Positions 47,051 through 56,600 of a DNA stretch of 64,000 nt are shown here, in pieces. The notes under the pieces are model-generated. The model ran no database searches. It saw only the letters and a list, made by a program, of their open reading frames with translations, and was not told the DNA's origin. The position numbers and the translations under genes were made by a program. This stretch comes from a virus (Duplodnaviria > Caudoviricetes), in IMG/VR virus record IMGVR_UViG_3300028591_000081, positions 163,619 to 227,618 of that record. One strand, written 5' to 3'. Each line of letters starts with the position of its first letter. Position 1 is the first letter of the stretch.

Positions 47051-48175
47051 CTACTCAGTACCTCGAACAGGGATGAGTTCAGACCCTCTCTTATACCCTG
47101 CCAGAAGACCTCCACCTATCGCACACATGTTACCATTATTGTACAAGGTGCCGATTGGACGGGCATTCGGAGTTGTGAGAACCAGTCTGGACGTGTCAAT
47201 GTACCCCTTTAGCGTGTCACCGTACACGATTCGGAATTCATAAGGATCAGAATCCTCTTCGGAGTACCCTGCAAACACCGCAATCTTTGAGAAACGGTCT
47301 TTACCAAGAACAGACGGAATGTAGGTACGAAGGGAGATATAGTACGTATCCGTGTGCAAGTGACAGGGAACCCAGACAGAGGTAGAGTAGTTTGCCGTCA
47401 TGCACGCCGCCGTGGCCACACCGAACTTGTTATGAAGTGGGAGAGCTGGTTCTGTGTCTGAGCCAATACCGCAGTCAGTAATGATGGGCATATTTTCATC
47501 AGTCTCAAGGGACAGACGGACGGCCATATAACGGGATGCAAACGAGGTGTCCCTGTCAGCGTACAGCAAGTCATTCAGGAGATGGCCACATACAAATCCA
47601 CGGAGCTTGTCCCCATCAGACATTTTGTGAGAAAACCCGTAGATTGTGTACCCATCGGAAATGACGATGTAGGAATACCACTCATCGTTTCGATTGATGT
47701 CAAGAAAAGACTTCGGAAAACGGTTTCTGGCCCCGACCGTCCCTACAAAAGGGGTTGCTTGATAAGGCTTACGGATTCCTGTGCATTTATTGGCGGCATC
47801 GAATGTGAACTCGAAGTTCTCATCACACAAAGCTGGAATGACAGAACACATCAGTCCTCCGGCATACTGCCCAGCATGAGCCTCTCCACACTCATCGGTT
47901 CCGGTACGGGCTGGGAGACACATCGAACGAAAAGACGCAGGACAGGAGGATACGTTCAAAGCCAGACAAGCCCTCAAATTCGTGGTGGAATGCTTGATAA
48001 GGACGTAGGCAATCTGTCCGTCATCATTCATGGAATCTTCCCAAGTACTTTGGAGCAACCATCCATAATCCATCATGGAAATGACCAGACCTGTCAGAAC
48101 ACCGCGTGCCCCGGCCATGTCAGAGGTGAATTTCTCACCTGCAAAGGAATACTCGACTCTGGTAAATTCAGGCAT
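47051..48175 (-). CDS. Hypothetical, possibly virion structural protein
   Basis: 374-aa beta-rich ORF in the late-gene region. Confidence 0.5.
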   Translation of the reverse strand: MPEFTRVEYSFAGEKFTSDMAGARGVLTGLVISMMDYGWLLQSTWEDSMNDDGQIAYVLIKHSTTNLRACLALNVSSCPASFRSMCLPARTGTDECGEAHAGQYAGGLMCSVIPALCDENFEFTFDAANKCTGIRKPYQATPFVGTVGARNRFPKSFLDINRNDEWYSYIVISDGYTIYGFSHKMSDGDKLRGFVCGHLLNDLLYADRDTSFASRYMAVRLSLETDENMPIITDCGIGSDTEPALPLHNKFGVATAACMTANYSTSVWVPCHLHTDTYYISLRTYIPSVLGKDRFSKIAVFAGYSEEDSDPYEFRIVYGDTLKGYIDTSRLVLTTPNARPIGTLYNNGNMCAIGGGLLAGYKRGSELIPVRGTE

Positions 48176-48234
48176 GACGGTTTCGCTCCAAGCACAAAAA
48201 GTTATAGGTTACTGCAAAAGACAACAAAAATCTT

Positions 48235-49245
48235 CTACATGGCGTCATCGAGTTCGTCAAATGTCCATTTCTCAATGACACGGCAAGGACGCTTGAGTTC
48301 TCCATTGACATAGTATGAGCAGTCCTCTTCCTGTGCCAGCTTGAGGAGATCACGGATACCTTCTGCGGAATCGTCAAGGGTCTTAAAACCGTCCTGTTGT
48401 TTCAGGCGGCCACGATTCACCGTACTCTTGAGAGAGGAAAGAACATCGGAAGATTTGTTGGAAACCACGGCATTCATAAACTCGTCGCTGGCCTCGACGA
48501 GCATCAGAATGTCTTGCGCTTCAGAGTTCTTCATAAAGTGGTACATGTACCAAACTTCCTCAAAGCCTTCTTCAGGTTTCGGCAACCGAAGGGCACGGAT
48601 TTTCGACATGTCTTCACTCATGTCGAAGTAGTAATAACTGAAGTTCACGCAGTCTTCTGGGTTTCCGCGATAAGCCGCTTTTTCACCTGAAGCATACTGT
48701 TTGAGATCAAAGTCGTCCAGACCCTGACTCAGCTTGTTCACCGCCTTGGTCTTCTTCTGCCAGACAGGGCCATGACCCTGAGAACCCGGGCAATGCATGT
48801 CCTTGAGATACTCCGTCATGTCTTTGTAAGTCTTCATGCAGTAGGCATGACACATCTCATGGGCCATCGTATCACGGAGGTTGTGCAGAGTCTTGAACAC
48901 AAACTGAGAACTGATGGTGATACCCGTGATAGAGGTTTGACTGATGTCGTTATTCACCCAGTTGATTACACCACTACGCTCATATCGGGTCATAAACACC
49001 GAAGTGTGATCAAAGTAACCAAGCACATGAGGCCCGGCATCACGGTACTGAATCCAGTCATCCTGCCATCCGTTGTTTCTGAAGAAATCGCCGAAGTATC
49101 GGTGATCGATGTCCCAGAACTGATCGACCAGAAAATCATGTGATTTCCACTCTTCACGACGAATGTTTTTGCGTGCCAGCTTGGGATCTTCTGCCTCATC
49201 ACGAAGCATACGGGATTTGACGGATTCGTATATGCGTTTGATCAT
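48235..49245 (-). CDS. SprT-like zinc metalloprotease with a short basic leader
   Basis: TMAHEMCHAY..GHGPVWQK SprT signature; leader MIKRIYE|SV. Confidence 0.8.
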   Translation of the reverse strand: MIKRIYESVKSRMLRDEAEDPKLARKNIRREEWKSHDFLVDQFWDIDHRYFGDFFRNNGWQDDWIQYRDAGPHVLGYFDHTSVFMTRYERSGVINWVNNDISQTSITGITISSQFVFKTLHNLRDTMAHEMCHAYCMKTYKDMTEYLKDMHCPGSQGHGPVWQKKTKAVNKLSQGLDDFDLKQYASGEKAAYRGNPEDCVNFSYYYFDMSEDMSKIRALRLPKPEEGFEEVWYMYHFMKNSEAQDILMLVEASDEFMNAVVSNKSSDVLSSLKSTVNRGRLKQQDGFKTLDDSAEGIRDLLKLAQEEDCSYYVNGELKRPCRVIEKWTFDELDDAM

Positions 49246-49312
49246 GGTTATGTACTCTCCATACAAGATAAGTAAATACAAATGGTTTGATTTACGTTGC
49301 CACAGAAACAGA

Positions 49313-49341
49313 AAAAGCCCACGCATCAGGCATGGGCTTTT
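49313..49341 (-). terminator. Intrinsic terminator
   Basis: AAAAGCCCA..TGGGCTTTT. Confidence 0.7.
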
Positions 49342-49370
49342 AAGTCTAACTGTCTAAGACAGAAGAACGA

Positions 49371-51608
49371 TTAGTACACACGGAGAACCACGTACAGTTC
49401 AACGCCTTCGGTATCGGGATCGGTCAAACCTACCGCCGTCATCCACTCTTCAATCTTGTTGCAGAAGAAGACACATTCTGGATGGTCAAGAGCACCATCG
49501 CAAGCCGAGCTGTACAACCACTCACCAATGTAAGTGTGCATCTGCTGGGCCGGAACCGTCTCGTACTCGGCATTGAGATGCGTATAGAGAGCCTGAACTT
49601 CAATGATAGCGGGGGCACTCAGGGTGTTTCCGTCAGGATTGAGAAGGCCGATAATGTTGTCGCGATAATCGTGAATCGTCAAACGCAACCCATCCACCGA
49701 ACGATAGTACGGTTCAACGCTGAATCCAGCAGTCATACGGACCGGCGTAAACATCGGGGAATCATCTTCGGAATTGTATGTTACGCGGGCAAGAATCAGG
49801 CAGGTGGGGGCACCAGAAATGTAGCTACCAGACTCAATGGACAGAAGGGTGGATCGCGTCAAGTCTGTGGCGTGCCCATTTGCATCGAAAGAAACCTCAT
49901 TACCAGTAAAGTGTGAGATCGTAAAATCGAGAGATTCGGAACGGTTCTGGATATTCGGATCCGTGGAGCGTTCCGTCATCTGGATGCCGTAATTGACCTT
50001 CTGGAAAATCTCGTCACCCGCTTCACCAACGCGACCACAACCGAGCGTAATACGACCATCACGGACATCAAGACCCGTGTAGTCGATAATGGTACCACTC
50101 TGTCGGTCTTCCGTAAGAGCCGGACGACGGGAATTGTAAGCCACCATTTCGGCCTTGGCGAGTTCACGCTGGGCCGCAACGTTCTCGGCGTTATGAGCGT
50201 CAGCCCCGTGAATCCATGCTTCAGGATCGAGCTTTCCGTCCGCATCATACACCGTCTGCATCAATGCAGGAAGCAGAGTTCCAAGAGGAATGTCATCACC
50301 GTCATGGAACCCAATCAGCTTGAAGAACTCATCCCAGTCTTCAAGAGACGAGTTGCCGACCGTATGAACAAACACATCGTGGCTGTAAACGGGTTCAATA
50401 CCGTCAAAATTCGGATTCCCGGAATAAATCTTCGAGGAAGGATTGGTCACTTCGACAGGGGCATTGGAAGCCGACTTGAACCACATGTCGTAGTTTGACG
50501 ACAAGTCACCGCAGGAATCGAAGTAGTAGCTGTACCAAGCAAGGAAGTTTTTACCAGACGTGGTTCCGCCGTATCCATCTCCTTCCATCGAACGGACGCA
50601 GAAGATCTCCTCGTGCGGGGTATCGTACTCATCAGTCCAGCGTACACGGATACCGTTGCACACGCTATTGTTTGACGAGTCTTCATAACGAAGCAATGAG
50701 GCATGAAGCGTGTCGTAGTTTACTGCGGAAGACGAGCCAAATGCCGAAAGGTATCCGTATCCTCCTCCTTCTTCAGTTGGTTTGGTTGGCGTAGGATCCA
50801 TAAATGCCTTGGCAGAATGGATGTCCTGATTCAGATCCGTCTTGACATACTTATAACCCTCCTCACCATCCGCGATAATCGTATCGGCATCGAGATGGAG
50901 ATTGGCCTGATCGATGACGTTACCGTCTGCATCCGACAGGATGATGTCGCCTGTATTCGAGTTGAATGCAATATGAAGACCTTCAATGCCCTCCATACCT
51001 TCAATCGCATCAATGCGACGGCTCAAGGCATCTGTCACATCATAGGTAGCATAGGCATCCGGGTTGAAATCGACCGACATGTACCCGTTCAACTTATGGA
51101 TCGTGAACGACACATAAGTTGCATTTTCCACAGCATCAAGAGGATCGTTTCCGCTGGCAAGATGTTTGTGAAGCGTGTAGCCCTCGGAAATCGTAGCTAC
51201 GGCAATAGGAAGGTCTTGATTGGTCGAAGGATCCGTGCGAAGAAGAACGAAGGTATTGACCGAGATGTCTTCAACAGCACTGGCGTCTGCCGCCGGGATG
51301 GCTACCTTTGCCACCAAACGAATCGAACCTTCCTTCTCACTGGGCTGAACACGGACAATGTTACCAATGAACTGACCGCTTTCGTCACGGCAGGAAACAC
51401 GATCCCACATCGTGTCATTGCCCAACTTCGACCAATCAAAGTTCAGGGCCTCTCTGGATGAGAGAGGATTATTGAGAGCCAAAGGGATGACAGCAAAGGC
51501 TTTCAGATACCCCTCTACCGCACTCGTGGTGTAGAGACGAGAAAAATCCACATCGCTGGATGCCAAAAATGCTTTGGTCAAAACCGAATAATCAGCAACT
51601 GTACTCAT
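49371..51608 (-). CDS. Putative tail fibre/baseplate-associated protein
   Basis: N-terminal beta-rich attachment-like domain; YVKTDLNQDIHSAKAF resembles the fibre Q.I.G.KTF motif; adjacent to a fibre gene. Confidence 0.5.
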   Translation of the reverse strand: MSTVADYSVLTKAFLASSDVDFSRLYTTSAVEGYLKAFAVIPLALNNPLSSREALNFDWSKLGNDTMWDRVSCRDESGQFIGNIVRVQPSEKEGSIRLVAKVAIPAADASAVEDISVNTFVLLRTDPSTNQDLPIAVATISEGYTLHKHLASGNDPLDAVENATYVSFTIHKLNGYMSVDFNPDAYATYDVTDALSRRIDAIEGMEGIEGLHIAFNSNTGDIILSDADGNVIDQANLHLDADTIIADGEEGYKYVKTDLNQDIHSAKAFMDPTPTKPTEEGGGYGYLSAFGSSSAVNYDTLHASLLRYEDSSNNSVCNGIRVRWTDEYDTPHEEIFCVRSMEGDGYGGTTSGKNFLAWYSYYFDSCGDLSSNYDMWFKSASNAPVEVTNPSSKIYSGNPNFDGIEPVYSHDVFVHTVGNSSLEDWDEFFKLIGFHDGDDIPLGTLLPALMQTVYDADGKLDPEAWIHGADAHNAENVAAQRELAKAEMVAYNSRRPALTEDRQSGTIIDYTGLDVRDGRITLGCGRVGEAGDEIFQKVNYGIQMTERSTDPNIQNRSESLDFTISHFTGNEVSFDANGHATDLTRSTLLSIESGSYISGAPTCLILARVTYNSEDDSPMFTPVRMTAGFSVEPYYRSVDGLRLTIHDYRDNIIGLLNPDGNTLSAPAIIEVQALYTHLNAEYETVPAQQMHTYIGEWLYSSACDGALDHPECVFFCNKIEEWMTAVGLTDPDTEGVELYVVLRVY

Positions 51609-51671
51609 AAAACCTCCAAGAACGCCCCAAGTAAACAATCATTTTTGATAAAATTTAGAGTAACCAATGGG

Positions 51672-53507
51672 TTACGAAACCCTCACCACGAGAACCAGAG
51701 AACCAGATCCTTGTGAATAGGTAAGCAAGACCCAAGTGCCTTCGAGAGGAGTGTTATCCACTGACGTATTTGTGATACCATTCCCAGTATCCTTTAAGGC
51801 CACATAGGTAAGATAATTCCCGCTAATGAACTCTCCGGGATGTAAAAAATCATTAAAATTATTCACTCTACATAGGCAAATGGCCCCAACTTCAGGATCG
51901 TGTCGCACCTGACTCTCAGTCGGACTTCCTGTGATAAACTGAAGTAACTTCGAAGTCAATGGAGTCTGTTCTATCTGCAAATCATCACAGTACATGGTTT
52001 TGCAAGCAATAGATGCAAACTTGCACCCTGCACTACGAGAACTTCCGGGATATCCCAACTGCCAAGAAATGCCTTCATCCCCATAAGGTTCCACGGACAT
52101 AACTCTTTCATTGGCCGTCTCACCGCCTTGGAAACGAACATCAATCCATGCTGATTTTTTAGTCCCATTGACACCCTCAGAAAAGGAGAGCTGTGCAAAT
52201 CCGGGCTGTAAAAGGAAACGAGAAGACCTGTTTTCAGAGGACGGGTCATTGCATAGAACCTGAAATACATCATTGGTTCTGGAAGTTATCGAAGACGGAA
52301 TCACCTCGACGGAAGAATTCTCATAATTTGAGGAAGACTTGATGGTCACGGGGGCATCATAGTCGGCATTGAAAGCCTCTATCGTGATATCCCCTTGGTT
52401 ATAACTACTTGAAGAGGTCTGAATGTGGATGTTACCATCTGTAACGGAAGCAGTAAGGGTGGAACGGTACGCAAACGCCTCACCACGGATCTGTACTGCA
52501 TTGGAATCATCGTTGGACTGTCCACTATGATTTGCATACAGATCGAAGTACCCGTGGTAATTGTGATAAATTGAATAATCGCACGGATCACTATAAACCG
52601 AGTGTATCGTTCCACACTCAACAGTACTGTATGTGGTGAACGAGGTATCATCACTAGACGAAGCCATCGAAGACTCCATACCTAAACTGTGGTACAGTCT
52701 GCCAGACTGGTCTTCTGAATAGTTATCGAGACGAATGGAGCGTCTCTGGGCAGGACACCCACTCTCGGCCTGTTCAATAAAGTCTATTCTGTCCAAGTTG
52801 TTCGTGTACTCAAAAGACTCTGTGCCGTTGTAATTGGACACATTCACAGTAAGAGTATCACTGGATTCTGGAGAACTCAAAAGGATCTGTTTCCGTTTGC
52901 CTTGCATCTGATTTGACCCTTCGTCTTCGTAGGCGTCCGACACAGACACCCCTGTGCTACGCACTCCAGAAAGAAAGGTCTTCGTCCCGGAAATGTTCTG
53001 ATCCTCACCCTCAGGACTTCCTGCCTTGTGGGTACTCACAAATCTGGAAAGGTCGGACTGACTTGCAACTCCGGACTCCACCACATTGATTGTAGAACCG
53101 GAACATGCCGACATTACGAGATTGACAACAAACCGAGTCACACAAGGTGCATCGAGGGATGAAGGCAAAGTTATCGAGCTTTCACCATCCGAACAGTAGG
53201 CCACAATAACACCGTCCCCCTGACCGGAATGAAGTCTACCCATGAGCGCGACACACTTCACCGCCTGTGAAGACATCGTATCGGAGTTTCCGAAAGACAG
53301 AGTAATGCGTGCCGCACTGCCTGACGAAGACGCAGAATCAATAGTGCCTTCCTTTCCGGAATACGATGAAACAATGCTCGGATCTGATGGTACCGTGGCA
53401 TTACTCAGAGCTTTGGTGTAAACAATCGCGTCCGCCGCCGTGGCATGAGCGATAAGGTTCAGACCCTCTTGTGTGATGGTCTGATTTTCAAAAAGATGGT
53501 CTGCCAT
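51672..53507 (-). CDS. Tail fibre protein
   Basis: N-terminal ITQEGLNLIA..IVYTK collar-fibre pattern; DQNISGTKTF fibre motif; C-terminal GTWVLL..LVLVVRVS. Confidence 0.7.
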   Translation of the reverse strand: MADHLFENQTITQEGLNLIAHATAADAIVYTKALSNATVPSDPSIVSSYSGKEGTIDSASSSGSAARITLSFGNSDTMSSQAVKCVALMGRLHSGQGDGVIVAYCSDGESSITLPSSLDAPCVTRFVVNLVMSACSGSTINVVESGVASQSDLSRFVSTHKAGSPEGEDQNISGTKTFLSGVRSTGVSVSDAYEDEGSNQMQGKRKQILLSSPESSDTLTVNVSNYNGTESFEYTNNLDRIDFIEQAESGCPAQRRSIRLDNYSEDQSGRLYHSLGMESSMASSSDDTSFTTYSTVECGTIHSVYSDPCDYSIYHNYHGYFDLYANHSGQSNDDSNAVQIRGEAFAYRSTLTASVTDGNIHIQTSSSSYNQGDITIEAFNADYDAPVTIKSSSNYENSSVEVIPSSITSRTNDVFQVLCNDPSSENRSSRFLLQPGFAQLSFSEGVNGTKKSAWIDVRFQGGETANERVMSVEPYGDEGISWQLGYPGSSRSAGCKFASIACKTMYCDDLQIEQTPLTSKLLQFITGSPTESQVRHDPEVGAICLCRVNNFNDFLHPGEFISGNYLTYVALKDTGNGITNTSVDNTPLEGTWVLLTYSQGSGSLVLVVRVS

Positions 53508-53537
53508 ACGAAGTCTCCATAAGAAAGAAAAAGAACA

Positions 53538-53581
53538 AGTCAGGAACAGAGCTGGTCGGTACTGGTCGCCTGTTCCTGACT
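53538..53581 (-). terminator. Intrinsic terminator
   Basis: AGTCAGGAACAG/CTGTTCCTGACT. Confidence 0.65.
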
Positions 53582-53611
53582 GTAATGAGGTCTTAGACAG
53601 TAACTTTATGA

Positions 53612-56600
53612 TCAGGTTGGGTAGACCGTGACCCCGGAGGAATCCACGATGTCAATCACCGCCCCACAGGCATAGGTGTCTGGGGTGTTTGTCTGCAAAT
53701 CTACCGACATGTTGTACGCCTCAAGAGCCTGTTCATACGGGATACGATCCAAGTACGGAATAATCGCAGGAAGCGTTCCTTCTACAAAATCCTTGGCATC
53801 CCCAAGGCCGAGTACATCCCCACTCAACTTTCTGACCAATTTAATCGCGTTCATTTTTTGTTCGTAGGACACCAAACGGACGCTGTACAAAGGTAAAGGT
53901 TCAGGAAGGACTACATCTCCATTTTTATCCACAACGCGGAACTCGGCCTCAGCGTCATAAGTCGAGTCTCCAGAACTCTTTAACGCTTCGATGGCCTCAA
54001 AGGCTTGCGTGGCGATGTCCAGCTTCGTGTTGATGTACGAAACGACTCCAGACGGTAAATTGGATGAGTTTACGCTGGCCTGACAGTCCGAAAGACCGAG
54101 GCCACACGCATCCCGTATCAGGTATAAGCAGTTGAGAAGTGCTGAGAAAGACACGACCTGAAGAGTGTAGGAATAAGGATTGTCCACCTCAGACAGATCG
54201 ATGGGGGTTCCAGTATGATTCACGATGACGAGTTCCGCACCGGCATTGTGCAGATGAAGCTGTTGTTTGGTTGTAAGTCTTCCAAGTCCCTCAAGAGCTT
54301 CCTCAAGACTTACATCTGTATAATGCGGGGATACGTTCGTAGGCACCCCCTGCTCCAAAAGAGCTTGACGCTCATCGTCAGAGAACTCATCCATCGCGGA
54401 CCATAAAAATCCTATCACGTCATCACCAGAAACGTTTGGATTATCACTCTGAGGATCGTAAGACAGGACACGGAGCGTATAATTCCCTTCAGAAGGATTA
54501 CTCAAATTGTCAGATATGACCACATTACTTTCAAGAACATACCCTATGCGCTCCTCTCCCATGCTCGTGTACCGTACTTTCACGAAACCGTTTTCCGTGC
54601 GTCCGAGACATGTGACATGTGGACTTTGATTATCGTCGTAGTTGCAAACCCTCGTATTCTCGTCATTGTACATGTAGATGTAATAAAGATCTGAGATGGT
54701 TCCCGGCAACTGGAACTCCTGAACAAGAGGAACTTCCCGGAATTCATACCCATTGCACCATGCCATAACAGGCACCGCTTCGGAACTTCCAGACTCCCTG
54801 ACAAACACCTGCACCTGATAGAGAGATACTCCATCACTGGTGTAGAGCCGTCTCTTGCATGGGTATCCGCGAGTACGAATGACATTTGAAACCAGATCCG
54901 ATTCATAAGGGTCTGAAGTCTCGAACGAGCACCCGAATGGCGTGGTGTGGACTCTATCCGGAGACACAGTTATATCGCATTCCTCCTGCATAAAGGTGAG
55001 TCCGTAATTCCCTAAAATTTCTGGTGGTTGAATAATAATCAAGTGCCCCATATAAGAAGTCACGTAGTAATCCGTCGTCGTACTAGAAGAAGTGTCGTCA
55101 TAAGATGTGTTCGGACGTACCGTTCTTGATACTAGAACGGGTTGCGAAATACCTGCTGGTAAATCCGGCATATCAATGTTGTGAGTGATGTTGAAGGCTT
55201 TCAAAAATACCACTTCCTTCGGCGTATCCAAGACACCCCACTCAAACTCGGAAGTGTATTCCTCAAGAGGGGCCATGATTCCGTCAATACCTTTATCACT
55301 CGTGATGCAGTAAACCCACGCAGGCATAGGCATAATCGAACCACCACTGTACACAACTCCAGCATCATTTATCCGATACCATCGAACGGTTCTGGAAATG
55401 TCAGGGAAGGTCTTGGTGATCTTCATCGAAGCCTTGTGTGTACCCTGCAACAGACCGTAGGCCCATTTAGTAGTGTTCCAAGAACTTCCGGTTGGAGGGG
55501 ACATGTTATACGAGGGGTCGAATCCCTTTGGACTATATCCAGCGGGTTCGCTTTCAAAGTATGCATCTAAGTCAACCTCCATAGGATTCTTAATGTACAC
55601 GGCGTACTGAGAAACGTCCTGCACCATTGGAACCAGTACAGAGGAATCTTCCTGTGCAATGAGCCTGTCCGAAATGCTCACCCCATCAATGGATTCCCAC
55701 AAATAATATCCATAGTGATTGATGTAGAATGGAGGTGTTCCGGGAACCTTTGGGTCAGCCACAAACAAGGTCTCCATAGTACCGGAAACGAGGTAGCTAC
55801 CAGAGTGATTTGTGTTGTTTACGGACAAAGTGTCACGCACATAATGCAAATAGACACTCTGAATACCCGGAGACATGATAATGTAACGCGTGTCGCGTCT
55901 TACTCTGTAATACGCATCGTCATCCATCCCAACATAATGGAAGCTGTCTTCCTTCTTAATATAGAAGGGTACCGTGATAGGAATATCTTTTAGAGCAGAC
56001 CACATCTTGGTGACTTTGTAAAAAGTCGTGCCGGAAACTGTTTCTTCACCAAGAATAAGGAACACGGCTGAGGGCAGTTCCATGGTGCCCAGTACTTCAT
56101 AACCCTGATCCGTTCGACTGTAAACCGTAAGCGTACCTACGGACATCCCATCAAAACTATGAGAAGATGGTGGCAAAGACGTTCCGTACACACTTAGGTC
56201 TTCCCTAGTAATCCAGAGGTACTTGGCGACATTATACGGAACATAGCCGGATCCTGTCACATTCACCGAAAGTCCGCTGTACGCTACTCCGTTCTGATCA
56301 ATGAAATACTCTTCATAGTCACCGCTGAGGTCTCCCTCCTTAGGAAGGATGATCCTCTTTGTGAATAGATGATCGGACAAGTTGGTTTCATCCAACACTT
56401 CTCCAACTCCAGACATCGAAAGGAACTCTCGGATATCTGGACAGTGCAACGCCTTTGGTTCAGAGGAGGTTACTCCAGACTTAAATGTAGCCGTAGTAGG
56501 CTGAATGTCCTCAAGTCCAAGTTTGTCCTCTTCATCCAGCCATGAGCACAGCAAAGGCGTTGCGCTCATTACCTTATGCTCATCGCACCACCCCTTTCGT

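Noticed and set aside
47956-47965. 10-nt match (TCAAAGCCAG) to the predicted TnpB guide
   Set aside because: Too short and not preceded by the candidate TAM; compatible with chance in 64 kb.
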